A stretch of 64,000 nucleotides of DNA from Octopus sinensis (taxonomy: Eukaryota): the NCBI RefSeq assembly GCF_006345805.1, contig NC_042999.1, positions 94,240,001 to 94,304,000 of the forward strand, written 5' to 3'. Made by a program: the position numbers and the translations under genes. The notes under the pieces are model-generated. The model did no database searches, was not told the DNA's origin, and saw nothing but the letters and a program-made list of their open reading frames with translations. Each line of letters begins with the position of its first letter. Position 1 is the first letter of the stretch. Positions 38,654 through 51,900 of this stretch are shown one piece after another.

Positions 38654-39011
38654 TATTATTATTATTAGTATTATTATTGATGTTGTTGTTGTTATTAGTG
38701 TTATTTTTATTTTTATTCACCATGTTTCATTTATTTATTCAAATGGATAGAAAGAAAATGAAGCATGACATTGACAATTCTGAGCGTATTCATCTTGCAG
38801 GATTTTTGGCCCATCTTGGAGATGTATATATATTTATGCGTGTGGGTATGCATTTATGCATATATACATGTGTGTGTGTGTTAATGCAGATATACAGTTA
38901 AATGTGTATATATACACGCATGTATGTTGTGTATGTACAGACAAATCAAGACTAAATAGTACTTTCAAATTTTTAAAGCTGTTTCTTCCTCTCGTATTAT
39001 TTTGCAATTAG

Positions 39012-39230
39012 AAGGCGACGAGCCGGCAGAAACGTTAGCACGCCGGGCGAAATGTCTAGCGGTATATCGTCTGTATTTACGATCTAAGTTCAAATTCCGC
39101 CGAAGTCGGCTTTGCCTTTCATCCTTTCGGCTTAGATGAATTAAGTACCAGTTCCGTACTGGGATCGATCTAATCGACTGGCCCCTTCCCCCAAAATGTC
39201 GGGCCTTGTACATAGAGCACAAAAGATTAT
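39012..39230 (+). mobile_element. SINE family B
   Basis: AAGGCGACGAGCCGGCAGAAACGTTAGCACGCCGGGCGAAATG...AGTTCAAATTCCGCCGAAGTCGGCTTTGCCTTTCATCCTTTCGG. Confidence 0.88.
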
Positions 39231-40132
39231 TTTGTAATTAAACTATAACCAAAAGTGCAAACAAAAAACTAAAACCACTTTTCTCCATCGACCACGAGTA
39301 TTTCACAGTTTCATAGGTAGCATTTGAAATCTTATGTGCCTCTGTACTTCCTCCTTTTTATGTATTATTGTCATCATTTCTTGTATGTAGAATTTATCGC
39401 CTAGATTTATGTTGAAATTGTAGCTGGTATCCTGAATTGAATCGCTTGATTTTTATGTCACTATTAGTCTGGTAATATATTTTATGACGTATGTATTCTG
39501 TCTGCAGGTATTATGTAGCATTATGCTATGTTAAGAACAATACTTCCAATATTAGTTATTTCGATATATGTTTTACTGTTATTTTTTTTCTTTATTGTAT
39601 ATTATTTTCCTTCTTAACGCTTCGCACTATTCGTTATTCAATAAAAGTACGTCATCTAAAGAATGTTAGAAATTATTAACTTAATTTAGATTTGTCGGAA
39701 ACGAACTCATCATACGTTATATCTTCCACAATTTTTCTATTCTGGAATATTCGTTGAATCCATAAGCTTAAATGTCGAATGTAAAATTTCATCTATGAGT
39801 TATAAGCAGCTAAGACATTCACATTTTTAAGGGATAATAAATCTGATTTGTTGACAGTATAAATATGCCCTTCAGGCATTATAGTAATATTTTTGCATAT
39901 TTTTAACGCGTACTAATATTTAAATTTAAATCTGAAAGCCATATGTGCTTTCTCACGACGAATATGCAAAACATGATGATACTTACGCAAATTAGGCAGA
40001 AATCTGAGAACGAAGGAGTCATTTACACTCTTCGGGGAAAATTGAATGTAGTTACTTGAGAAATAAACATCATTGTGCATTTCTCCAGTCTTCTAACCAG
40101 CGAGTATTATCAACCATTCTCACCCCACCTCC

Positions 40133-40178
<46 letters not shown>

Positions 40179-40626
40179 CACTCACTCTCTCGCACACATA
40201 ATGAATATTTGTTTATCTTTGATGTCCTTCTTCATTTTAATTACATTATATGTGCGTGTGTATGTGCGTGTGAGGGTGAGTGAGAGTGTACGTGTGTGCA
40301 CGATTATATATGTATTGTTTAAATATACCTACGCGTGTGTATTCGTGTGTATACACATATGAGTATGTGCGGGCGTATGGTGTGTGTGTGTGTGTTGGCG
40401 TGTGTGTGTGTCTGTGTATGTGGTTAAGTAATAGTCTTTCTTTGAAATCTTTCAGACTGTCATGTTATGAATAAAATATTTTACTTCCTTATTCCTATTT
40501 TCGGGGAGCTTTTAGGCGATTGGATAAAGCATTAACATTCATACATACAGTCGTCCAACAATTCTTACAGACCGTTCTGCTTGTGAATGATTTTATGGCT
40601 TTAATAGCCTCCCAATACCTTGCAAA

Positions 40627-40697
<71 letters not shown>

Positions 40698-40704
40698 CAT
40701 TTTA

Positions 40705-40916
40705 CTTATTTCAATAATTAGACTGCATCCATGCTGGGGCAAGAACTTGAATTTTAAGTCGAATTTATCGAACATAGTACTTATTTTTATAACCCTGGTA
40801 TTTAATCTGTCTCTTTTTCCGAAACACTAAGTTACCGCGACGTAAACGCAATAGCAGCGGTTGTCAAGTTTTGGTGGGTGGACGAACACAGACACAAAGA
40901 CACCCACACACACACA

Positions 40917-40985
<69 letters not shown>

Positions 40986-41150
40986 GTGTGTGTGTGTGTG
41001 TATGTATGTATGTATACGATAGGCTTCTTTCCCTCTCCATCTACCAAATCCACTAAGTGTTTGGTCAGCCTGAGGTTTTAGTATGGCACCCACCGAATGT
41101 TTCATGCAGTGGGACTGAATCCGGAATCATGTGGTTTGGAAGGAAGCTTC
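40705..41150 (-). mobile_element. SINE family A, near full length, with internal microsatellite
   Basis: The reverse complement matches 3681-4099 (CCGGATTCAGTCCCACTGCATG, GATTTGGTAGA, TTGACAACCGCTGCT, CAGCATGGATGCAGTC). Confidence 0.8.
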
Positions 41151-42120
41151 TTCTGATAGATGTTGTAACGTTTTATTATACAACGATTAAATTCCTGATT
41201 TGTTTTTGTTTTTGCTGATACTGACCTCTGTATTAATTTTTAGTTAACATTTGGTAATTAGTATATGCTCTTTAGTTACTTTTCGCATTCTATTAATTTC
41301 TTCTTTTGCTGATTACATCCGAAATATAATTGTCGTTGTGAGCACTAATGTTTTGGCATCTACCTAATTTATTATTTTCAATACTGTTGATTATAATTGC
41401 ATGAGTAATCAAAGGGAATTATTGTATTGGTGTTTGCGATGTAACGGTCTGAGTTCTGGTGATTGAAGCTTACATATATACATTGATGACTGCATATTAC
41501 ATTAGTTGTCTGAAGTACATTCTCTAATTTGCTATTTTGCGTACTTCCCTGTTAATTTAGATGCATTTTATTGTACTAAATACGATTTTACATTCAAGCG
41601 TGACAATCTTTTGCGACTATAAACGACGTATTCATGAATTCCGTATCAATATAGGTCAACTTCATCTCATATTTTGCAATCTTCAAAAGTATCTGAGTAT
41701 CCAATTTTAACGGTCTGTTTTATACAATATTTCATATATATACCATGCATTAACGCTATAAAGCTGACTAAAATTTTGAAAAATATTGTTAAAGAAAACT
41801 GCAACCAACAGTTCAGTATAAGTAAAACAATAATAACACAACGAAAGGATTATATATTCTCTATGATGAGTCTAAACAATTGATATAACATATCTATAGG
41901 TGGACAGCATGAAAGACGAACTTTTGAATTTTTGCCTAGTAATGGTGATATGAATAAGTCAGTCATACAATTAAAACGAAACATTAGTTAATAGGTATTA
42001 CCCTGATAAATCAGTAGGCCAGACTGCACAAAACCCCTAAATCAAATCCTTACCGTTACAGCATGTGCATTATCTTCAAGGACTATAAAAATTATGTAAT
42101 TATATGGGTTCACTTTTTGG

Positions 42121-42296
42121 TACTAGAGCAGCAAATTTGGGAGATGAGGTAAGTTGATAACATGGATCTCAGTGCTCAGCTGGTTGTTATTTTATCTGCC
42201 TTGAGACGATGAAAGTCAAAGTCGACCACATCGGAATTTGAACGTAATGCCACTAATCATTTTGCCCAGTGTGCTAACGATTCTACCAGTTCAATC
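42121..42296 (-). mobile_element. Decayed SINE family B
   Basis: Reverse complement GAACTGGTAGAATCGTTAGCACACTGGGCAAAATG...TTCAAATTCCGATGTGGTCGACTTTGACTTTCATCG. Confidence 0.7.
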
Positions 42297-43267
42297 TCTT
42301 ATGGAATAGATTAAAAGGACATAAAAACTCGTAAAAAAAAAACAAAAAACAAATATTAAAAATTACTATTGTTTTCCTTTGTTAGGAGGTAGGATTTGAA
42401 CACGGAGTATACTAAACTGAAACAAATATCGTATGTCATCAACTCTAACAGTCAAATATTACAGCAAGTGAACATTTCGATGGTATTTAAATTAGTCACC
42501 TGCTATTTGAACAGCAAGGCTTGCCTTGGCAAATTTTAAACACTGTTGAAAGTATCAAAATGAATATCGCCAGGTATTTTACTCGATCCCCAAATGAATC
42601 TATCGATTGTAAATATACACATCATAACACGCATGTGGGGTCAAAAAAAAAGCATAAGCAAGTTTTCACATATAAACATAAACGTTTTATGCATATCTAT
42701 GAGTACTAATACAGACATATATAGGCAGGTACTCACGTAGAACATTAAGCTAAATGGTACAAACGTATATAACATTGTTGTCTAGTCAGAGTAAGAGGGT
42801 TACAATGAAAAATGCAAATTAAGCAACGGTGTCTTGTGGGTGTAAAGAAGCTTTTGTTTATCTACATTCTGAACGGTAATTTAGTATAGAATATTTAATA
42901 AATAGTATAGATAAACATTTAATTGCACATAAATGCCAAGGTATAATTATCCTTAAATATAACCTAGACGAACAGGTACACACAAGCACACACGCACTCA
43001 AACACACACATTCACGAACACAAATACACACAAATACACACACATATATGTATATACCGAAACAAACATGATATATACAAAGGCATACATTGTATACATA
43101 TGTATTATGTTCCTTTGTGTATAGTGCATATACATGAGGGAGAGAGAGAGGGAAGAATTCACAGGCACACACATACAATCCCTCCTTCTCCCCCTCTCTC
43201 TCTCATACATATAAACACATAAATTTATGGATATATCCACGGATAAATAGTTAAAGAATCAATCAAC

Positions 43268-43295
43268 AGACAGATAGATAAGTAGATAAATAGAT

Positions 43296-43382
<87 letters not shown>
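43268..43382 (+). repeat. (GATA)n microsatellite
   Basis: Direct tetranucleotide repeats. Confidence 0.95.
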
Positions 43383-43384
<2 letters not shown>

Positions 43385-43786
43385 ATGAATTGTTAGATAC
43401 ATTATATACAGGGAATGAGAGGATAAATATTAACTGTGTTCTGCTATAAGGAATAAAATCATAAAATAGATGAAATAGATAAAAAATGTATGTATAAAAT
43501 TCCCTGCGCACATGTCCTATACGTAGACTATACTCTCAGTGCGCGCTCGAAATGCACTAAAGCAAAACTATGTATATATGTATTTTTATTTGCTTATTTT
43601 GATCACAATCTCAGTTGCACGTTTTTGCCGAAAATATGCCTTTCATAAACTTGCGCGAATATACAAACCAGATATTACTATTACTTCATTCGTCCTTTCT
43701 CGGAGGAACGAGCTGGGTTTGGAGGTTGTGTTAGGGAAGAAGTTGAGGACCATGAGTTCTCGTAGCTTGTGGGCTCGTTAAATGAC

Positions 43787-43826
43787 GGGAGGGGCCGGTT
43801 AGGGAAGATGTGGGAAGTGGAGGGGG
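43787..43826 (+). other. Canonical G-quadruplex motif (five G-runs)
   Basis: GGG-A-GGGG-CCGGTTA-GGG-AAGATGT-GGG-AAGTGGA-GGGGG; loops of 1, 7, 7 and 7 nt. Confidence 0.6.
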
Positions 43827-43905
43827 TTCGTCGACAGTTTTGGTCGAGAATGGAACAAAAATAAGGTTATTTTTGTTCCATTCACAGCCAAAACTGTCCG
43901 ATGAA
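43827..43905. ncRNA. Long near-perfect hairpin (pre-miRNA-sized candidate or MITE remnant)
   Basis: A perfect 17-bp GAATGGAACAAAAATAA/TTATTTTTGTTCCATTC stem, a 4x4 internal loop, a perfect 11-bp GACAGTTTTGG/CCAAAACTGTC stem and 6 further basal pairs. Confidence 0.4.
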
Positions 43906-44095
43906 AGGGAACATGAAACTCCGAGTAACAGCTTTTGTGAAGTCTTTGCAGCTTTATTGATAACGTATATATATGTGTGTGTGTGCGTTTGAGTCCGTCC
44001 ATACATATATACCCAACCGGTTAATAAGTTCATACTTCATAAAATGTGCATACACCCACAAACACACACGTATATAGATATACATTTATATATAT

Positions 44096-44154
<59 letters not shown>

Positions 44155-44380
44155 TATATACACATATAAATACATATATACACACACACAAAGACAAACA
44201 TTTATTATACATATACGAGGGGATTCTTTTAGTTTCCTATTACCAAATCCACTCACAAGTCTTTACAAGCCCAGAGAAGAAACAAGGCACTTAGTCAAAT
44301 TGATATACGGTGGATTTGAATCCGGAACCTAGTGATTAAGCAGTGAACTCCTTACCACACATCAACGCATATACGTATAT

Positions 44381-44438
<58 letters not shown>

Positions 44439-44548
44439 ATATATATTTATTTATTTATTTATTTATTTAATTATATATATATACATGCATACGCGCACGC
44501 ATACACAAACACATATATATCCAAATGCGCAAATCTACTTATATGTAT

Positions 44549-44631
<83 letters not shown>

Positions 44632-44856
44632 CATACGTACATGTATTTACATATGGTTAGAGAGACAGACAGAAATATCAATCATACATACAATCAAATG
44701 CATTATTTTTTATTTATTGGAGAATTGAATTTAAGAGAGTCAAGATCCGTTGCCAATTCAAGTAAGCAAATTGGCATGACATTAGAGAAATATATGGAAG
44801 CCTTTCCCCAAAGAGAATATACTGTCTACTTTGATCCCTTATTTCAGTATACACCC

Positions 44857-44902
<46 letters not shown>

Positions 44903-47419
44903 TTGATCGTCTACATTTGATAGCAATTTGCTCCTGAATTTATTTAGGTGCATAAATATTTTGTTCACATTTTGGTAAATAGCCAACTGCATAAAATATA
45001 GAAGCAGCCTTGACTTTCATGATTATACATAAATATACACAACTCCCTGCCCCAATTACAAGTTAAGCGCACGCAAATAAACATACACATATACATGCAT
45101 ACATATGTACACGCGAAAACGTATGTGTTTGTATAAATTTCAGTGTGTGTATGCGTGCGTGTGCGTGCGTGCATGTGCATGTTTTCTATGTTTGTGTAAA
45201 TATATGTGTATGCTTACATGTATGTAAGTATATGCATGCATGCAAATGAAGACGCGGAGCTGCGTGGTAAGCAACTCATTTCACAACCACTTCGTTTCGG
45301 TTTCAGTATATCTAATGTGCCATCACCTCGGGTAAATATTCCCTCTGTCTCTTCGATATCCTATGCCATGTATATACAGGAGAAATATTTCACAATGCAT
45401 TTGACCTGTGTAACACACTACAAATAATTGTTCCTTTGATGACATGTAATACTACTCTACTACATTCAACTGCACTCGGAACATCAAATGCAGAGATTGC
45501 AAAAATCCTTTATAGTGAAATGCACGTAAGAACAATTGACACAAAATTGTGTTTATCAAAATTTCCCTTACATTGTCAATATATGATGTTTAGTAATACT
45601 CCTAATTACAGTAAGTATCCTTACAATGATGCTGGAATAGACTGCATGATGATATACTGCGTGGAGATCTTAACTCAATAGCAGCATTCGTAAAACTAAG
45701 TGTACAAAACATGATATACTATACACAAACACACACTTACCCCCACACACAAACACAAACTCTCTCTCTCTCTCACACACACATAAATATATGCATCCGC
45801 ACACGCATATACACACATTCACACTCAATCATGCACACACATATGTATGTATATATGTATATATACAATACAATATACAATGAGGTAGCTATTAATTTAA
45901 TGGGTATCGCATGAATATAAGTCAGAGTACTTTGACAATGATTGTTGATATATTCAACGAGTTTGGGAAATTAAACAGTTGAAAAACACACACGTAAGAG
46001 ATGTGTGTGTGTGTGTGTGTCTTTTATGCGTATGTTTTTATGTGCGAGTTTTGAGTGGCATCTTTAGAAACAGAAGCAGGCAGACAAGCAAACTGCAAGG
46101 TACATTGATATTGCATTGCAGCGATGCATTTGGAAAACGAAGGTCGAAGTTTACGCACTGTTTATGAGATCTGGCAGTAGTATTAGCGATCACTACAGAA
46201 TGAGAACGAGTGATGTTACTTTTGATGAATAAATCCTCGAGATTTAAACAAATGAGCTCATTTATCAATCACAGTGTGCCAGGCGCATTATATGTGTACT
46301 TATCAAGAATCTCATTAGAATTGAACTATACATAGTCCTTCATGTGATTTAATCTCTTGAAATTGTATGTTATATATCGTACATCTCTTATAGCGTTGTG
46401 ATAGAATTTCTGAAATGTTAATCTGGGTTATTTGAAATGAGAAGAAGGATTTCGTATTTTTATTGCTCTGTCTGTTGCGATTTTAGTATGTTTCTGTTAC
46501 AAATGTGCTTTAGTGCTGCAGAAGGCTCATACATGCTCGTAAAAATATATTTATAGATCTCTGTTTTGCAATATATATATTCCTAAATTCTGTGCGAATG
46601 ATGTTGATTTACTAGACATGGCATACGTGCGTTACTAGATATGGTATGAATTATAGAGGAATTCCACAACGATTAGATTGTGAGCCAGATAGAAAAGTTC
46701 ATCCCCAAGCCCTGTCATCCTGTGATCTGTCTGGAGGATTCTTACGAAAATTTGATGAATATACAAAATATTAAAGTAGGTAATTCATCTAATAGGTTTC
46801 CTTGCTCGATCCGGTAGCTTTGCTGGTGTGAAAGTCAGTAACATTGCTTGCACTCAAATTTATAAATGCAATGACATTGTCCAATGGAAATTGTCCTAGT
46901 GATTAAAGTTTTTTTTAGTGGTTTTAACAGAAAGTATTCATCGACTTTGAAGTATTAAGCTCCTGTACGATAAATGGGGTGTAGACAATATTAGACTAAT
47001 GCCCGACTTAAATATTAGTGAAATTTAAGTGGCTCCTCATATTGAGAGTTAGCACGAATAGAAGCTCTCATGTAAATATAATACTTGACACCAATGTCGG
47101 AGTCAGCATCAGAAACGATCGCCCTATTGTCTTCGAGTAACAAGAGACCCCTTTACCAACTCATTTTGTTAATGCTGTGTTACAAAGTGAAATTGATTGT
47201 GTTCTAATTAAAAATTCTACTATTTCTCGACAGACTATCAATAAATTTATATAGTTTTATTATATTCACGTTTCACATTAAACATCCTTCAGTGACAGAT
47301 TATAATTTCTACTTTATTATCTTTGGCTAATTGCCATGGAGAAGCAGACTTCTTTATATCATATTATCGCATACTCCGTAAATAGCACCTACGTTAGCCA
47401 GGGGATGGTGTTGCTGCTG

Positions 47420-47420
<1 letters not shown>

Positions 47421-47490
<70 letters not shown>

Positions 47491-47575
47491 ACTATTACTA
47501 TTGCTACTATTACTACTACTACTATTACTATTATTATTACGACTACTACTACTACTAATAATAATAATAATAATC
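47421..47575 (+). repeat. (CTA)n/(CTG)n/(TTA)n compound microsatellite
   Basis: Direct repeats; source of the poly-Leu ORF. Confidence 0.95.
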
Positions 47576-48772
47576 GATAAGATTTTAAAATTTTAATATA
47601 TTGTTTGTCGCTGTCTTATAATCAGTCTCTCGTATTTCATGCGTGATTTTTGTTTTTGTGTGTTGACTAAAAGTTCCGTGTAAGTCTGCCTTCACTAAGA
47701 AAATATTATTAATTAACTTTAATTGCCAACAACAAAACTGGTTTGAATGAACAATTTCAGACTGCAAAGAGAAAATGGTAGAAACTAAGATAAGCTACAA
47801 TTGTCTAGGTGTTTTTTTTTTCTTTTCTTTTCCATTCTTCGCTAGACAAATTTATCCATCATGCCACTTTTACCACAATAAAAATAGAAAATCACTCCTG
47901 TGTTGTATATTCTGAATTGAAATGAATTTCCTATAATGATTGACTATAATGAACATAAGATAGATAATAAGAATAATTATAATGCAACACAAGAAGATAC
48001 ATATAAATGCTGAGTCGTATTGTAAATTAAACTGTGCAGCACATTAAACTATTACATAATACAATGATGTGTAAAGAAGATGATGCGCAAATCTAAAGCT
48101 GGTGTAACAGTTTCATTTTGTACTCCGCGTTCATATTTGTGCACAAAACGTTTCTTTGTGTTTATTAATTTGTACTTGACAAATACATCTTGGCTAAATC
48201 TGTGTAGGGAAAACTATCAAGCGCAAGCAACATTACCGAAAATACAGATGCCAGAAAGAAGAATTAGAACATGATGGTAGTTATAAGTACATAGGTATTT
48301 GTAATCTAGGGGTAAGTAGCACTTACTAACGAGAAAAAAAAATAAGATAGGAACACTATCGTAGAGTAAGAGCTATTCAAGAAAACGAGTTTGTGCTCGC
48401 AAGACATTTGAGATCATAATCACTTTAGGCATGATAGTAATCACATAATGTTTTCTTTGAATTCAAAAAAATTCAAGACAAAATCAGAAAGCTAATGATA
48501 ATGCATGCTATAAATCACCCGAAGGCATAACAGAAAATGGTATTACAAAGATCCTATGCGATTTTATAATTCAGTGCGACCATGAGATTGAGAATAGCAA
48601 GCCATATATAGTGCTAATTGAAAAAGAAAGCAAACGATGCTGGATCATAGATTAAGCATGTCCAGCTGACAACAAGTTTCGCGATAAAAAGAAAGAAAGG
48701 TCTATAGTTATGACAGACTAGATTGGGAGGTTAAGCAGTTGTGGTCGCTGAAAAGGTGGTAGTAGTACCAAT

Positions 48773-49795
48773 AATTAGTTAGTTAGTTAGTTAGTTAATT
48801 TTTTGGCTCAAAAAGCAAAAAGCAAGGCCATGTAGGGGAGCATGAAGTTATGTACAGGGTGGTGTTCATGTAAAGAGTTCAGGCCACTTGAGGTCAAGGG
48901 AGGCTTTGAACAAAGCGGTCGTCGGCATCTTCACCATCTCGTCTGGAAGCTTGTTCCACGGATCCGCAACCCGGACGGAGAAAGACCCTCTCCTTCGATT
49001 AAGATGAAATCGTCGCAGATAGAGCTTTTCGGAATGACCCCGCAGCCGACGCTCTGGAGCAGGAGTGAAGAACAGCTCTTTCGAGAGGTTACACTTTCCG
49101 CTTGTGATGTTGTGAGCTAGAATGAGATCACCACGGCGGCGGCGTTTTTCTAGAGAATGAAGGTCGAGCGTCTTCAGCCTTTCTTCATAAGACAAATGCT
49201 TGAGACCATGAACCATGCGGGTAGCCAGCTTCTGGACTCTTTCGAGATGCTGTATGTCTTTGAGGAGATAAGGAGAAGAGGCTTGAATCCCGTACTCCAA
49301 TATGGGTCTCACCAGCGTGACATAGAGCGGTAGGAATATGGCTGCTGTGAGCATTCCGAATGACCGTCGAATCAAGAACAGAATTCCGCGTGCATTGTTG
49401 GCAGCATGGACGCACTGGGCCGAAGGCGAAAAGTAGGAATCCACCAAGATACCCAGGTCCTTTACTTAATCGGTCCTTTCCAGTAGCAGACGACCCGGCT
49501 CGAAATCAAGTTGAGTTGCAGGAGGAGAGCCAACAGGCAGATGACAGCACTTTGACACGTTCAGACACAGGTCCCATTCGTTTGATGACCTCCAAATTTG
49601 GTGGAGGCATCGACGAAGATCCTCTATATCACCGCGAGGAGCGACCAGTTTGACATCGTCGGCAAATAGAAGGGTGTGTTTCGTGAGGTCGTCGGGCAAG
49701 TCATTTATGAAGACTAAGAACAATAAGGGCCCAAGCACTGAACCTTGAGGCACGCCACTGCTCGCACTGGAGACGTCGGAGCCCTGGGAACAGTG
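48773..49795 (-). mobile_element. Young 5'-truncated CR1-like LINE with (TAAC)n tail
   Basis: SGVPQGSVLGPLLFLVFINDL..LLFADDVKL, KDLGILVD, LVRPILEY, LERVQKLATRMV, RRRRGDLI, LRGHSEKL, FSVRVADPWNKLP, FKASLD. Only one in-frame stop (49466-49468); tail at 48773-48797. Confidence 0.93.
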
Positions 49796-49796
49796 A

Positions 49797-50075
49797 GTAA
49801 AATCTTTATAAGTACATGCAATAAATAGGGGCTGCAATAAGGGTGCAGAAAACAGCACTGCTTGGAACTGTTCGAATACTCCGGATGGTGCTCGAAAAAT
49901 AAGAAGTGTTCACTGATAGTGAACTGCTGGCACCCTAGTACATCTCCAGCGATAGGGGATGTGCAAAGACAATAAATGAGAAAAATAATAATAATAATAA
50001 TGATGATGATGATGGTGATGATGATAATGAGGATGAGAACAATAATATCAATAATAATAATAATTAGTATTAATA
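49797..50075 (+). mobile_element. Short R4/Dong-type LINE 3' end with (AAT/GAT)n tail
   Basis: IGAAIRVQKTALLGTVRILRMVLEK* (typical R4/Dong C-terminus), about 90-bp 3' UTR, then an AAT-rich array from about 49985. Confidence 0.75.
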
Positions 50076-50076
50076 A

Positions 50077-51900
50077 TTTTTTTCTTTATTGAACACAAGG
50101 GTCGAACACAAGACAAAGGATTATGTAAACTGTAAAATGAAAGCAATAACAAGTAATAATAAGACAATTCAAACAGTAAATTTCCCCTTAAAATGTTTGG
50201 GAATCAAAGGGCTCCAATGCAGAGGGCGCCTTGTGCGGGTACCCATCCCATCTCCTTTTCCCCAGCCTACATGTGCATGCTCAGAGTAGGCCTATTCTCA
50301 GGACTATCTTCACTATTTTTACATACCTTTCAACAAAGATACTGGTGTGAAAGGCAACACTTTCTTCTCAACCCTCACTTTCTATTTCAAGAAAAAAGTC
50401 AATGAGGCCTTGGCCGAAGAGGGAAGTGTCTGTCTTCAGATCTTTCAGCCTTGTCCATCGCACGAACTCTGTCGTCACAGCCACCAGGCAGAGGAAAACT
50501 TCCTGTCCTCTCCGTCCAAATGAAGGCAGCAGGGCGATTTTCAATCGATAGCCTGATCCGTTCTGCACTCAACAGCATTTGTTCCACAAGTGAGCGATTC
50601 CATGACACTAGGCGAATGCATGTAGAACGAATTAACCACTCTGCGCGCTCCTAAGGTGGGTTCATCTGATAGCAATTCCCGCTTGTAGAGCTTCTCTCGC
50701 ACTGGCAGAGCTTCGCAGTAGCATTATAAAGCCAGGGATTTCAGCAACATAATCTTTGGCCCCAGCTTGAAGTCTTGCAGAAAAGATCAGTTGTTTGGTA
50801 TCTCAAAACGCCCAGGCACGCCACGAGGACGTCATAGCTCTTGTTTATCACCATTCCTCTATCGAACCCCGAGGTGGAACGACCGCACTGTGCGATTAGA
50901 ACAGGGTTTTAAGAGCTTGCCGATACTTAATGCCAATTGCTCTTCCTCGGTCGACGTTTGATCCAAAGCTACAGCTACGTCAATGAGATGAGCTGCAGAA
51001 ACTCACATCTGACAAAAGGCGACCACACTAGCCACTGTCGAGGAAACGACGGAGACGTCGCAACCTCAGCACATGTCTGCGCGTCATCATCCACGTTATA
51101 CCTAGCCCTCTTCCCTGCTGCTTCTGTTTCCGATAAAGAAGAGTAAGCTCCTCGAAAGCAGAAGAGTAAGAGCAAGGGAAGACAATCAGACAAGTGTAGA
51201 TGACGGAAGCGATATGCACATTCACCACACTCGCTCTGTCTTTCAAGGACAGCCTTCACTCGTGGTATTTCTGTGTGAGAGTGGCCACCCTTCTAGTCAT
51301 CTACCAGTTCTTATCCTCCTGGAGATCTGCACCAAAGCAGACCCCAAAGAACTGACCCTTCCGTCTAGTGCCCGATGACGCTTGCTGGTCACACGAACCT
51401 ACCAATCTACCGTCTTCTGCTGGATGATTTCTGCTCCTGTCACCGATTCATACTCACTTATGGTATTGCCGATCTCCTCGATATCCGAGATATCCGATAT
51501 TATTACGGTGAAGTCGCCTGCATAATATGACACTAAATTTCCGCATCTTCATTCACGAGGTATGCGTCTTGAAACATCCAACTTTTATAGAAAATGTTCG
51601 AGAGCCAGCACGTACAGAAGAGGCGAGAATGGACATCTTTAACAGATAGAAAGTGTGATGGTAAATAATTCAAACTTTGACCAGCGCACACATGTCACCA
51701 TACATTACAGCTATCCAGCCTCTTAAAACTGGATTGAAACCGGCTGCCACGAGAAGAGCCCTCTAGTATTCCTAGTCGATCCTATCGAAAGTATTCCATT
51801 GATGAAAATTGATCAGGGCCACAACAGGGAGCTACGGAGTGTTTGACAGCAAGAGCTTCAGTCTTGAATAGTACCGAAATGCCCAGAAATTGCCTGTCTC
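50077..51900 (-). mobile_element. Decayed L1/Tx1-clade LINE, 3' half of ORF2 with poly(A) end
   Basis: ALINF..TFDRID, AAGFNPVLRGWIA.MY, YAGDFTVI.SDI (YADD region), EYESVTGA.I, LVWSPFVR, ALPVREKLY, HAFA*C..I..LW, FLCLVAV; AATAAA then an A-run at the 3' end (50077-50090). Confidence 0.8.

Larger units (their letters stand above)
36196..38680. repeat. Tandem duplication, 2 apparently identical copies of a 1209-bp unit, with (ATT)n at all three junctions
   Basis: 36252-37385 recurs at 37461-38594 at a constant offset of 1209; (ATT)n at 36196-36251, 37386-37460 and 38595-38680. Confidence 0.95.
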
